This document shows, in pieces, positions 53,170 to 62,050 of a stretch of DNA of 64,000 nt. The DNA lies in the NCBI GenBank assembly GCA_963676565.1, contig OY781089.1, forward strand, positions 1,056,001 through 1,120,000, written 5' to 3'. The DNA comes from Halarcobacter sp. Lineage in GTDB: Bacteria; Campylobacterota; Campylobacteria; Campylobacterales; Arcobacteraceae. Below the pieces are notes generated by a model, which was given only the letters and a program-made list of their open reading frames with translations, had not been told where the DNA came from and searched no databases. The position numbers were made by a program, and so were the translations under genes. The first letter of the stretch is position 1; every line of letters starts with the position of its first letter.

Positions 53170-53267
53170 AACAATCCTTTCATAAAATTTTTAAGAGGTG
53201 CAATTATAGCAGAAAAATCTAAACTTAATTTAAAGTTAGATAAAATCGCAAAAACGTAAGGATAATT

Positions 53268-53957
53268 TTGAAATTTACATTTGTAACACTTTTTTCAAAT
53301 CTGATTGAACCATATTTTTATGACTCAATTTTAAAAAGAGCTGTTGAAGCAAATTTTATAAGTTATGAATTTTATAATCCACGGGATTTTACTAAAAATA
53401 AACACCTAAAAGTAGATGCTCAAATGGTAGGTGGAGGTGCTGGAATGCTTATGACACCCCAGCCACTTTTTGATTGTTTAGATGAGGTTAAAAAGAAAAA
53501 CCCTGATGCTTATATTATATTTCCTCTAGCTGCAGCAAAACCTTTTCGGCAAAATGATGCCAAAAGACTTGCAAAAAAACAGAATATTGTTTTTGTTAGT
53601 GGAAGATATGAAGGAATTGATGAAAGAGTTATTGAAAAATATGCCAATGAGGTTTTCTCAATTGGTGAGTTTATCTTAACAGGTGGTGAATTACCATCTT
53701 TAGTTATGGCAGATGCAATTTCTAGAAATGTTGAAGGTGTTCTTGGAAATGCTGATTCTTTGACTATGGAAAGTTATGAAAACAATCTTTTAGAAGCGCC
53801 TTCTTTTACAAAACCTGAAAAATTTGAAAATTTAAGTGTAATTAAAGAATTCTTAAAGGGAAATCATAGTAAAATTGCCGACCTAAAAAATAATCTGGCT
53901 ATTTGCAAAACAAAATATTTTAGACCAGGTTTAGTTACGAACAAAAAAACAAAATAG
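53268..53957 (+). CDS. trmD: tRNA (guanine37-N1) methyltransferase
   Basis: [15 protein letters not shown] and [11 protein letters not shown] motifs. Confidence 0.97.
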   Translation: MKFTFVTLFSNLIEPYFYDSILKRAVEANFISYEFYNPRDFTKNKHLKVDAQMVGGGAGMLMTPQPLFDCLDEVKKKNPDAYIIFPLAAAKPFRQNDAKRLAKKQNIVFVSGRYEGIDERVIEKYANEVFSIGEFILTGGELPSLVMADAISRNVEGVLGNADSLTMESYENNLLEAPSFTKPEKFENLSVIKEFLKGNHSKIADLKNNLAICKTKYFRPGLVTNKKTK

Positions 53958-53995
53958 AAGTGTGATACCCCGCAACTTGCAAATGCGGGCACTTT
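53957..53995 (+). promoter_or_regulatory. GC-rich stem-loop in the rplS leader
   Basis: gaagtg/cacttt outer and cccgca/tgcggg inner stems, just upstream of the SD. Confidence 0.55.
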
Positions 53996-54012
53996 CACCA
54001 AAGGGAAATACA

Positions 54013-54369
54013 ATGAAAAATAGATACATTGCGAGCTTTGAAGCAGCGCAAATTGCAGAAAAAGAGATTCCTCAGTTTAGAGCAGGGGATACAGTAAGAC
54101 TTGGTGTTGAAATTAAAGAAGGTGAGAAAAAAAGAGTTCAAACTTTCGAAGGTGTAGTAATTGCTAGAAGTGGAAATGGAATTGATGCTACTTTCACTGT
54201 TAGAAAAATTGGTGCAAACTCAGTTGGTGTTGAAAGAATTTTCCCATTATATTCTGAGTCATTAAAATCTTTTGACGTAGTAAGAAGAGGTAAAGTAAGA
54301 AGAGCTAAATTACATTACCTAAGAGGTCTTACTGGTAAAAAAGCTAAAATTAAAGAGCTTAGAAAATAA
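54013..54369 (+). CDS. rplS: 50S ribosomal protein L19
   Basis: [22 protein letters not shown] and [10 protein letters not shown]; start ATG 54013. Confidence 0.98.
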   Translation: MKNRYIASFEAAQIAEKEIPQFRAGDTVRLGVEIKEGEKKRVQTFEGVVIARSGNGIDATFTVRKIGANSVGVERIFPLYSESLKSFDVVRRGKVRRAKLHYLRGLTGKKAKIKELRK

Positions 54370-54376
54370 TTCAAAT

Positions 54377-54404
54377 AAAAACTAAGACGTAAGTCTTAGT
54401 TTTA
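54377..54404 (+). terminator. Intrinsic terminator after rplS
   Basis: aaaactaagac-gtaa-gtcttagtttt. Confidence 0.8.
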
Positions 54405-54409
54405 CTCTC

Positions 54410-54946
54410 ATGTCTAAGACATTTATACACACTGCGTTACTTCCTGAAGCACAAAGCTTAATCAACTTTCTAAAACTAAAACAAGATACCACAATAGAAA
54501 ACTTACCAAAGGGTAATAAACTTTTTGTTGATAAAGATGATAAATATATATTAATAGTATCTGGAATAGGAAAAGAAAACACACTTAAATCTCTGGATTT
54601 TATATATCAAAATTATGAAATACAAAAGGCGATAAATATAGGAACTGCTGGATGTAGTGATTCATCTATCAAAATTGGAACATTCTTTTGTATAAATAGA
54701 CTTTTACCAAATATAAATTTTGCTCCTATTACCACTGTTGATGAACCATTAGAAAGTGATGAAGAGTTACAAACTGTACTTGTGGATATGGAAGCTAAAT
54801 ATTTTTTAGAAAAATCAAAAGAGTACACAAAAGATGTTTATAGTTTTAAAGTTGTTTCAGATTATTTGGATGCAACAATTCCTAAAAAATCTTTTGTGAT
54901 TGAATTGATTGAAAAAAATAAAGAGAAATGGAAAAAGTTTTTATGA
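54410..54946 (+). CDS. Nucleoside phosphorylase / MTA-SAH nucleosidase-like protein
   Basis: ALLPEA, SGIGKEN, INIGTAG, VDMEA and KVVSD motifs. Confidence 0.8.
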   Translation: MSKTFIHTALLPEAQSLINFLKLKQDTTIENLPKGNKLFVDKDDKYILIVSGIGKENTLKSLDFIYQNYEIQKAINIGTAGCSDSSIKIGTFFCINRLLPNINFAPITTVDEPLESDEELQTVLVDMEAKYFLEKSKEYTKDVYSFKVVSDYLDATIPKKSFVIELIEKNKEKWKKFL

Positions 54947-56202
54947 GTTCACACCTTAACTATTTGGAAAAATTTGAATCTTCGATATTAAAAACAAATT
55001 TTGAAAAACTTTCAAAAGAAGAAAGACAGTTTATAGAAGAAAAAGCTTTTTTATATGAGTTTTCTTTTCAGGAATTAAAACAATTAATTGATTTTGCAAT
55101 TGATTTTAGAATGTGGCATGAGAAGGATATATCAAAACTTTTTAAAGATGAATATCCTAATAGAAAAGCTGCTTTTAATGATATTAGAAACAAATGGCAA
55201 GAATTAAGAAATAGACCAAACTCATACTCGAAATTTTCAAAAGAGTTATATAAAGATGATGTAAGAAAGTTTTCATTTACTAAGTTTGAGGGTGAAAAAA
55301 CTGGTTTTGGTTCTTGTCCTGTTGCAAGTCCAGGTACTAGATGTTGTAATCTTTTAACTTTAGATGCCGTTCAGTCATGTGGTTTTGATTGTTCATATTG
55401 CTCTATTCAAAGTTTTTATAATGAAGATAAAATAGGCTTTGATAAAAATTTTAAGAAAAACCTTGAAAATATTGTTTTAGACCCTAATGAAACTTATCAT
55501 ATAGGAACTGGACAAAGTTCAGATTCTTTGATGTGGGGAAATAAAGAGGGGATTTTAGATGCACTTTTTGATTTTGCAAAAAAATGGCCAAATGTGATTT
55601 TAGAGTTTAAAACAAAATCAAATAATATAAAATACTTTTTAGAAAATGATGTACCTAAAAATATAATTTGTACTTGGTCTTTAAATACACCAACAATAAT
55701 TGAAAATGAAGAGCATCTAGCAGCATCACTAGATCAAAGAATAGAAGCCGCAAAAAAAGTAAGCCAAAAGGGTGTTTTAGTTGGTTTTCACTTTCATCCA
55801 ATTGTTCAGTATGAAAACTATTTAGCTGAGTATGAAGAGCTTTATAAAAGACTAATTGATACCTTTGATTCTAAAAAAGTTGCTTTGGTTTCTATGGGAA
55901 CTTTAACTTTTATCAAACCCGTTATAAATAAGATTAGAAGTAGAAACTTCAAATCAAAAATTCTTCAAATGCCATTAACTGATGCAAATGGAAAACAATC
56001 ATATCCTCTGGAAATAAAACGTGAGATGTTCAAACATGCTTATAATACCTTTAAGCCTTGGCATAAAGATGTTTATTTTTATTTATGTATGGAAGATCAA
56101 AGTTTATGGAAAGATTGCTTTGGATACGAATATTCAAGCAATAATCAAATGGAAGAGTTTATGAAGATATCTTATTTAAATAAGATAAATCAAAACTCTT
56201 AA
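54943..56202 (+). CDS. Spore photoproduct lyase-like radical SAM protein
   Basis: CGFDCSYC (CX3CX2C), LEFKTKS, WSLN, R..AA...GFHFHP and YLCME; ATGA overlap with the upstream gene. Confidence 0.8.
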   Translation: MSSHLNYLEKFESSILKTNFEKLSKEERQFIEEKAFLYEFSFQELKQLIDFAIDFRMWHEKDISKLFKDEYPNRKAAFNDIRNKWQELRNRPNSYSKFSKELYKDDVRKFSFTKFEGEKTGFGSCPVASPGTRCCNLLTLDAVQSCGFDCSYCSIQSFYNEDKIGFDKNFKKNLENIVLDPNETYHIGTGQSSDSLMWGNKEGILDALFDFAKKWPNVILEFKTKSNNIKYFLENDVPKNIICTWSLNTPTIIENEEHLAASLDQRIEAAKKVSQKGVLVGFHFHPIVQYENYLAEYEELYKRLIDTFDSKKVALVSMGTLTFIKPVINKIRSRNFKSKILQMPLTDANGKQSYPLEIKREMFKHAYNTFKPWHKDVYFYLCMEDQSLWKDCFGYEYSSNNQMEEFMKISYLNKINQNS

Positions 56203-56345
56203 TTTATTGAAAAGTTTATTATCTATACAAAATCATTTTATAAGCTCTTATTTAAATGATATACTTTAAAAGAGCTTATTTTTATCTTTTTTGACTTAAC
56301 ACTTAACTAATATTTTCTGCAGCTCAGTCCTTAGGAGCTGTATAG

Positions 56346-57443
56346 ATGAAAAAACAATTTGATATTAAAGAAGCTTTAAAAAAAGCTATGACTCTTCAAC
56401 AAACTGGATCAATAAATAAGGCAAAAGAGTTATATGAAAATATATTAAAAGAAGATGACACTAATTTTGAAGTTTATCTTGAATTAGGTAATTGTTATAA
56501 AGAAATTAAAGATTATAATAAGGCACTTTTTTATTTAAAAAAAGCAATTAAAGTAAATAATAAATGCCACTTATGCCATTTTCATATGTCTAAAATCTAT
56601 GAAAAAATCAATAAATATGAATTCTCTCTTTTTCATTTAGAAAAGGTAATAAAAATTTATCCAGATTCTTATGAAGCACTTTTTTTAATAGCACAATGTT
56701 ATAGAAAAATGAAAAATGAAGAGAAGATGATTGAATACCTTCATTTAACACTTGAAAAACTGCCAGAACATCCCGGAGCAAATCATCTATTGGCATCTTT
56801 TAATAAAAATACAACTAGTAAGTATTCATCTGAATATGCAGAAAACCTTTTTGATCGTTATGCTGATTATTTTGAAGATCATCTAGTAAACTCGTTAGAA
56901 TATAAAGTACCATTTATCATAAAAGAAAAACTAAAATCATTAAACCTTTCAAAAGAGTCAAAATTTTTAGATTTAGGGTGTGGGACAGGATTACTAGGAA
57001 AGAGTATTGTAGAATCATTTCCTAATTTAGTTGGAGTTGATATATCTAAAAATATGATTGAAGAAACAAGAAAAAAAGGAATATATTCTTCACTACATGT
57101 TGGTGATATAGAAAAGTTTCTTTTAGATAATAAAGAGAAATTTAACCTAATAATTGCAGCAGATGTTTTCTTGTATATTGGAGACTTAGAGAATATTTTT
57201 TCTATTATAAAAGATTCCCTTGATGATACGGGATACTTTATTTTTACCATTGAATTATCTCAAATTAAAATAGAAAGTTATCAGTTAGCAAAAAATGGAA
57301 GGTTTTCTCATACTATAGATTATATTGAATCATTATTAAAAAAAAAGGGTTTGAAACTTTATGAAAAAGAGGAAATTATACTAAGACAAGAAAATAAAAT
57401 TGGTCAGAAAGGTGTAATATTTATATTAGAAAAATCTTTATAA
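56346..57443 (+). CDS. TPR-repeat SAM-dependent methyltransferase
   Basis: N-terminal TPRs; LFDRYADYF, LDLGCGTG, AADVFLYIGDL and GRFSH. Confidence 0.88.
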   Translation: MKKQFDIKEALKKAMTLQQTGSINKAKELYENILKEDDTNFEVYLELGNCYKEIKDYNKALFYLKKAIKVNNKCHLCHFHMSKIYEKINKYEFSLFHLEKVIKIYPDSYEALFLIAQCYRKMKNEEKMIEYLHLTLEKLPEHPGANHLLASFNKNTTSKYSSEYAENLFDRYADYFEDHLVNSLEYKVPFIIKEKLKSLNLSKESKFLDLGCGTGLLGKSIVESFPNLVGVDISKNMIEETRKKGIYSSLHVGDIEKFLLDNKEKFNLIIAADVFLYIGDLENIFSIIKDSLDDTGYFIFTIELSQIKIESYQLAKNGRFSHTIDYIESLLKKKGLKLYEKEEIILRQENKIGQKGVIFILEKSL

Positions 57444-57505
57444 TTTAAGCTTTTCAAACTAAACTACTCTAAACTTAAAAAAAACAATACAAAAAAACTC
57501 ATATT

Positions 57506-57565
57506 TGCAACTAAGTTGCACTTAATATTTATCTGATAAAATTCCAAAATTGCAATTAGCTTGCA
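57506..57565. promoter_or_regulatory. Two Fur-family (Zur-like) 7-1-7 boxes flanking the znuC -10
   Basis: TGCAACT-A-AGTTGCA (57506-57520, perfect) and TGCAATT-A-GCTTGCA (57551-57565), with gataaaat between them. Confidence 0.7.
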
Positions 57566-57591
57566 TAGTTATTAAAAAAGGAAAGTCTTTA

Positions 57592-58341
57592 ATGCAATTG
57601 GAAAAAAATATAATTGAAGTGAAAAACTTAAATTTTTCCTATGAAAAACAAAGAGTTTTAGAAGATATAAATTTTACTATTGAAAGAAGTGACTTTTTAA
57701 CTATTATTGGACCAAATGGTGGAGGTAAATCTACTTTATTAAAACTAATTTTAGGAATAAATAAACTCCAAAATGGTTTTATAAAAGTTTTTGGAAAAAA
57801 TCATTTAGAACAAATACAAAATATTGGATATGTTCCTCAAAATACAAATGTAAATTTAAAATTTCCAATTACAGTTTTAGAAGTTGTTATGATGGGACAA
57901 AATAATTTTATTAAAAGGATGTTTGGTTATAAAAAAGATGAAAAACAAAAGGCTTTAGAGGTTTTAAAAAAAGTTTCAATGGAAAATTTTGCAAATAATA
58001 GAATATCAAATCTTTCAGGGGGACAAAGGCAAAGAGTTTTAATTGCAAGGGCACTTTTCTCAAATCCTAAAATTTTACTTTTAGATGAGCCAACTTCAAA
58101 TATAGATATAAATGGGTGTGAACAAGTTTATTTAACACTCCAAGAGCTTAATAAAAAGATACCAATAATTGTTGTAAGTCATGATATTTCTGTGATTTTA
58201 AAGTATGCTTCAAAAGCTTTTTATGTAAATAAAAGAATGACTCAACACGACTTGAGCAAAATGAAAGATGAGTTTAAATCTATTGATTCTCATGTTTGTG
58301 AAATCGAACTTTTAGAGATGTTAGGAAAATGTAGATGTTAG
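57592..58341 (+). CDS. znuC: Zn/Mn ABC transporter ATPase
   Basis: GPNGGGKST, GYVPQ, LSGGQRQR, LLDEPT and SHD; His/Cys tail. Confidence 0.88.
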   Translation: MQLEKNIIEVKNLNFSYEKQRVLEDINFTIERSDFLTIIGPNGGGKSTLLKLILGINKLQNGFIKVFGKNHLEQIQNIGYVPQNTNVNLKFPITVLEVVMMGQNNFIKRMFGYKKDEKQKALEVLKKVSMENFANNRISNLSGGQRQRVLIARALFSNPKILLLDEPTSNIDINGCEQVYLTLQELNKKIPIIVVSHDISVILKYASKAFYVNKRMTQHDLSKMKDEFKSIDSHVCEIELLEMLGKCRC

Positions 58342-59138
58342 AGATACTATCGTATGAATTTATTCAAAATGCTTTATTAGCTGGAATTATTGTAAGTGCA
58401 ATTACAGCTATTATAGGAACACTTGTAGTTGTAAATAAAATGGTATTTCTTTCAGGTGGAATTGCCCACAGTGCATATGGTGGAATTGGACTAGCTATGT
58501 TTTTTTCACTCCCTATGCTTTTAACAACTTCAGTTTTTTGTATTTTAGTTGCTATTATAATTGCTCTAGCTAGTTATAAAAATAGAGAAAACCTTGATAT
58601 TATGATAGGTCTTATTTGGGCAGTTGGGATGTCCTTTGGTATTTTACTAGTTGATTTAACACCAGGGTACCAAACTGATTTAATGAGTTATTTATTTGGT
58701 TCATTACTTGCTGTAAACAATGAAGATATATATTATATGGGAACACTTTTATTTTCTATTTCTTTAATTGTAGCAATTTTTTATAGAGATATTTTAGCTG
58801 TATCATATGATAGTGAATATGCAAATTTAAGGGGTATAAAAACAAGATTCTTTTATACACTTATTTTGATTTTATCAAGTTTAACTATTGTTATTTCCAT
58901 AAAAGTAGTAGGTTTAATCTTAGTAATTGCCTTACTTACAATTCCTATTTATATCTCAGGCTTTTTTTGTAGAAGTTTGATCTCTATGATGATAGTGTCT
59001 GCATTACTTTCTATATTGTTTACAATAATTGGACTAAGTATTTCTTATCAATATGATTTAAGTTCAGGGCCATCAATTATTATGTCCAGTTCAATTTTTG
59101 CATTAATGGTTTTCATTTATAAAGGAATAAAAAAATGA
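58335..59138 (+). CDS. znuB: Zn/Mn ABC transporter permease
   Basis: GIAHSAYGG, YLFGSLL and KVVGLILVIALLTIP motifs. Confidence 0.88.
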   Translation: MLEILSYEFIQNALLAGIIVSAITAIIGTLVVVNKMVFLSGGIAHSAYGGIGLAMFFSLPMLLTTSVFCILVAIIIALASYKNRENLDIMIGLIWAVGMSFGILLVDLTPGYQTDLMSYLFGSLLAVNNEDIYYMGTLLFSISLIVAIFYRDILAVSYDSEYANLRGIKTRFFYTLILILSSLTIVISIKVVGLILVIALLTIPIYISGFFCRSLISMMIVSALLSILFTIIGLSISYQYDLSSGPSIIMSSSIFALMVFIYKGIKK

Positions 59139-59734
59139 ATATGAAAAAAAAGAATAAAAAAAATATAATTGAGTCAAATATTGCAAATCTTCCAACTAGA
59201 TATGGAATATTTGATGTAAAAGCATATAAAGATGGTTGCCAAGAGCACCTTGCAATTATGAGCAAAGATTTTAAAGAGATTGAAGCTCCACTTGTTAGGG
59301 TTCATAGTGAGTGTCTGACAGGTGATGCAATTGGCAGTTTAAAATGTGATTGTAGTAATCAACTAAATTTAGCTTTAGAACTTATCTCAAAAGAGGGCGG
59401 TTTGGTTGTATATCACAGACAGGAGGGAAGAAACATAGGCTTAGTAAATAAAATAAATGCTTATAATCTTCAAGACCAAGGGTATGATACAGTTGAAGCA
59501 AATTTGAAACTGGGTTTTAAAGAGGATGAAAGAGATTATAGTGCAGTTGAGTATATTTTAAAAGATTTAGGTCTAAAAAAGATGAAGTTAATTACTAATA
59601 ATCCAAGAAAAATTAATTTCTTTGAAAAAACTGGAATTGAAATTGTTGAAAGAATTCCAGCAATTACAAAAATAAATAAATTTAATGAAAACTATCTAAA
59701 AACAAAAAAAGATCAATTAGGTCATCTACTTTAA
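59135..59734 (+). CDS. ribA: GTP cyclohydrolase II
   Basis: RVHSECLTGD, KCDC, QEGRNIGL and TNNPRK motifs. Confidence 0.96.
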   Translation: MNMKKKNKKNIIESNIANLPTRYGIFDVKAYKDGCQEHLAIMSKDFKEIEAPLVRVHSECLTGDAIGSLKCDCSNQLNLALELISKEGGLVVYHRQEGRNIGLVNKINAYNLQDQGYDTVEANLKLGFKEDERDYSAVEYILKDLGLKKMKLITNNPRKINFFEKTGIEIVERIPAITKINKFNENYLKTKKDQLGHLL

Positions 59735-59749
59735 ATTAAGGATTATGTT

Positions 59750-60115
59750 ATGTTAAAAAAAGAACACATAGAAGAATTAAAAAACAAACTTTTGGATAAA
59801 AAACAAAAATTGTTTCAAGAATCTAAAATAAGCCAAAATTTTATTGAAGAACTTCATAGTGATACAAAAGGTGATGAAGTTGATATTGCAGAGATATCTT
59901 CAGATACATATAATCTGACTCTTTTAAGAGAAAAGCAAATTGAAGAGTTAAGAGAGATTGAACATGCTTTAAAGAAGATTGAAAATGGTACTTATAATAT
60001 TTGTGAAATGTGTGATGATCCAGTAGGATTAAAAAGACTTAGGGCTAAGCCCCATGCAAAATATTGTATTGAGTGTAGAAGTGTTTTTGAAAAAGAGCAA
60101 AATTCATTGATTTAA
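59750..60115 (+). CDS. DksA/TraR C4 zinc-finger protein
   Basis: DEVDIA coiled-coil tip and CEMC...RLRAKPHAKYCIEC. Confidence 0.88.
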   Translation: MLKKEHIEELKNKLLDKKQKLFQESKISQNFIEELHSDTKGDEVDIAEISSDTYNLTLLREKQIEELREIEHALKKIENGTYNICEMCDDPVGLKRLRAKPHAKYCIECRSVFEKEQNSLI

Positions 60116-60136
60116 AAAATAGAAGAATAGGAAGAA

Positions 60137-60409
60137 ATGGAAGATATAAAAGTAGAATTAGAAAGTATAATCTTTGAGGTAATGTTACCTGAATCTCAAG
60201 CTTTTTTACTAGAGTTAAATGATGAGATTGATAATGGGAATGATGCAGAAGAGATTATTGAAGCAAAAAAAGATGTTGAATCTTTCTTAGAAGAATTAAA
60301 TCAGATTCTGAAACTAATTGAAGAAGATAAAATCTCCGATGAAGATGCCCAAGTAATGTATGATAAAATAAGAGTTATGTTAGATGAGCATGAGGATGAA
60401 GAGGATTAA
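60137..60409 (+). CDS. Small, highly acidic hypothetical protein
   Basis: SD agga; 90 aa, rich in D/E, helical pattern. Confidence 0.75.
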   Translation: MEDIKVELESIIFEVMLPESQAFLLELNDEIDNGNDAEEIIEAKKDVESFLEELNQILKLIEEDKISDEDAQVMYDKIRVMLDEHEDEED

Positions 60410-60411
60410 TA

Positions 60412-60987
60412 TTAATCCTCTAAAATTAATTTTAATGTTTCCTTTAGTTTCTTAGGATCTGAAAAATGATCGGCTTTTGAGATAAACTTTCCATTTTTAT
60501 CAAAGAAGTAGATAAATGAAGTATGTGAAACAGAATACCCCATGGCAGAATTTTTTAAAGGTATTTTCTTATAGTAAGATTCGTATCTTTTAGTGATATC
60601 ATCAATATTTGTTTTATTTGAAGTTGCCCCTATAAAATTTGGATGAAAATATTTTGAATATTCATTTAAGTTTTTAAGTGAGTCTCTATCTGGATCAACA
60701 CTAATAAATAATCCAACAAAATCTTTTGTTTTTGCTTTATCAAAACTATTTAATGCTTGTGCTAAACTGCTTAAAGAAGTAGGACAAACATCAGGGCAAT
60801 ATGTATATCCAAAATAAACAGCTAAAGCTTTTCCTTTTAAACTCTTTTTTGTTAGTTCGCCATTTATTGTATTTACTTTAAAATCATATTTTTTTTCTTC
60901 TTTATAATCATCTACAAAAGGTTTTATTATGAGTATTATAAAAACTGCTATAAAAACTATAAGGCCAAATTTTATTATATTATTCAT
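60412..60987 (-). CDS. SCO family copper protein
   Basis: FGYTYCPDVCP, SVDPDRD and conserved His (VSHTS). Confidence 0.95.
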   Translation of the reverse strand: MNNIIKFGLIVFIAVFIILIIKPFVDDYKEEKKYDFKVNTINGELTKKSLKGKALAVYFGYTYCPDVCPTSLSSLAQALNSFDKAKTKDFVGLFISVDPDRDSLKNLNEYSKYFHPNFIGATSNKTNIDDITKRYESYYKKIPLKNSAMGYSVSHTSFIYFFDKNGKFISKADHFSDPKKLKETLKLILED

Positions 60988-61472
60988 TATTTGTCCGTTT
61001 CAAATTGGAATCTTGCACCAATTGTTTTATCTATAGTCTCAAGTCTAATCTCTGCATTCCATTGCATGTCCCCTGTAGGACAAGTTGGAAGTGTACCTTT
61101 AGCTTCGTAATTTCCATTACCAAGATTTTTAATTGGAAGATTAAATTCTCCCATAAACATATTTGTTGCATAAATATCTAAATTAAGATTTTTTAAATTT
61201 TGATTATTGCTTTTTATTGTAAATGTCAAGGGTTTCATTAAGGGAATTGTTTTTGGTTCAACATCTAATTCAATACTAGTACCATCTTGAAGTATAATGT
61301 TACAAGAGTTTTTATGCAAATCACAAGTTTTATCTTGAGTTATAAACTGTACTTCACCCTTAAAAGACTGGTATAAGGTATTAAAATCAATTAAGAAGTA
61401 TCCCAATACAATAGAAATAATTCCTATTGTTGGGAAAATTAGGTTTTTAATATTAGTTTTTTCTTCAGACAT
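60987..61472 (-). CDS. Membrane-anchored periplasmic hypothetical protein of the Cu-chaperone cluster
   Basis: N-terminal TM; CDLHKNSC, NMFMG and LPTC...M; located between PCuAC and SCO. Confidence 0.75.
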   Translation of the reverse strand: MSEEKTNIKNLIFPTIGIISIVLGYFLIDFNTLYQSFKGEVQFITQDKTCDLHKNSCNIILQDGTSIELDVEPKTIPLMKPLTFTIKSNNQNLKNLNLDIYATNMFMGEFNLPIKNLGNGNYEAKGTLPTCPTGDMQWNAEIRLETIDKTIGARFQFETDK

Positions 61473-61475
61473 TTT

Positions 61476-61940
61476 TTAGTGATTATGCTTCATGTCATGG
61501 TTGTGTTGTTTCATCCCTGCCATTACTGTTTTGATTGGAGCTGTAACAGTTTTTGTTTCTCCATTTGAAAGTTCTAAGGTAAAGGTAACTTTTTCACCAA
61601 CTTTTAAAGGCTTATGTAATCCTATAAGCATCACATGAAAACCACCTGGTTTTAAAATTGTTTCTGCTTTTGCTGGAATATCAATTTTTGGAACTTGATA
61701 CATTTTCATAACTCCATCTTTCATATCATGGGTATGAAGCTCTACATTTTTTGAAACATTTGATGTAGCTTTTACTACAGAAATATTTTCATTAGAACTA
61801 TTTTTTAATACCATAAATGCAGCCGAATTTGGAAGATTTGGTGGAGTTGCTCTCACATAAGCATCTTCAACTAGCAAATCAGTAGCAAAAACTGACATTA
61901 CACTAAACAATAGTACTAAAGTGATTTTTTTCATAAACAT
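61476..61940 (-). CDS. Periplasmic copper chaperone PCu(A)C
   Basis: ELHTH...MKM...PGGFHVML with a His/Met-rich tail. Confidence 0.93.
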   Translation of the reverse strand: MFMKKITLVLLFSVMSVFATDLLVEDAYVRATPPNLPNSAAFMVLKNSSNENISVVKATSNVSKNVELHTHDMKDGVMKMYQVPKIDIPAKAETILKPGGFHVMLIGLHKPLKVGEKVTFTLELSNGETKTVTAPIKTVMAGMKQHNHDMKHNH

Positions 61941-62050
61941 ATCCTTTTTTTGTTTTTTGAAGTCTATAATAAATGTGTTAACATAATGTTAATTATAAGT
62001 AAAGGTAAAGTAATAGTTAAATAATGGTTTTGAGAAAAACTAAGAAGATA

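Noticed and set aside
52850..53200. SAM or cobalamin riboswitch upstream of metE
   Set aside because: I could not see SAM-I/II core motifs or a B12 box, and the region is an open frame with an SD. An Rfam scan would confirm.
56320..56336. agctcagtccttagg resembles a tRNA D-arm or a synthetic promoter fragment
   Set aside because: No anticodon or T arm, no acceptor stem and no other vector sequence; a short chance match.
1254..57250. Many 60-135 aa ORFs antisense to or inside real genes (e.g. 6614..6973, 19332..19676, 22492..22899, 28271..28618, 56879..57250)
   Set aside because: Shadow ORFs from codon bias: Ser/Phe/Ile-rich, with no SD or recognisable motifs.
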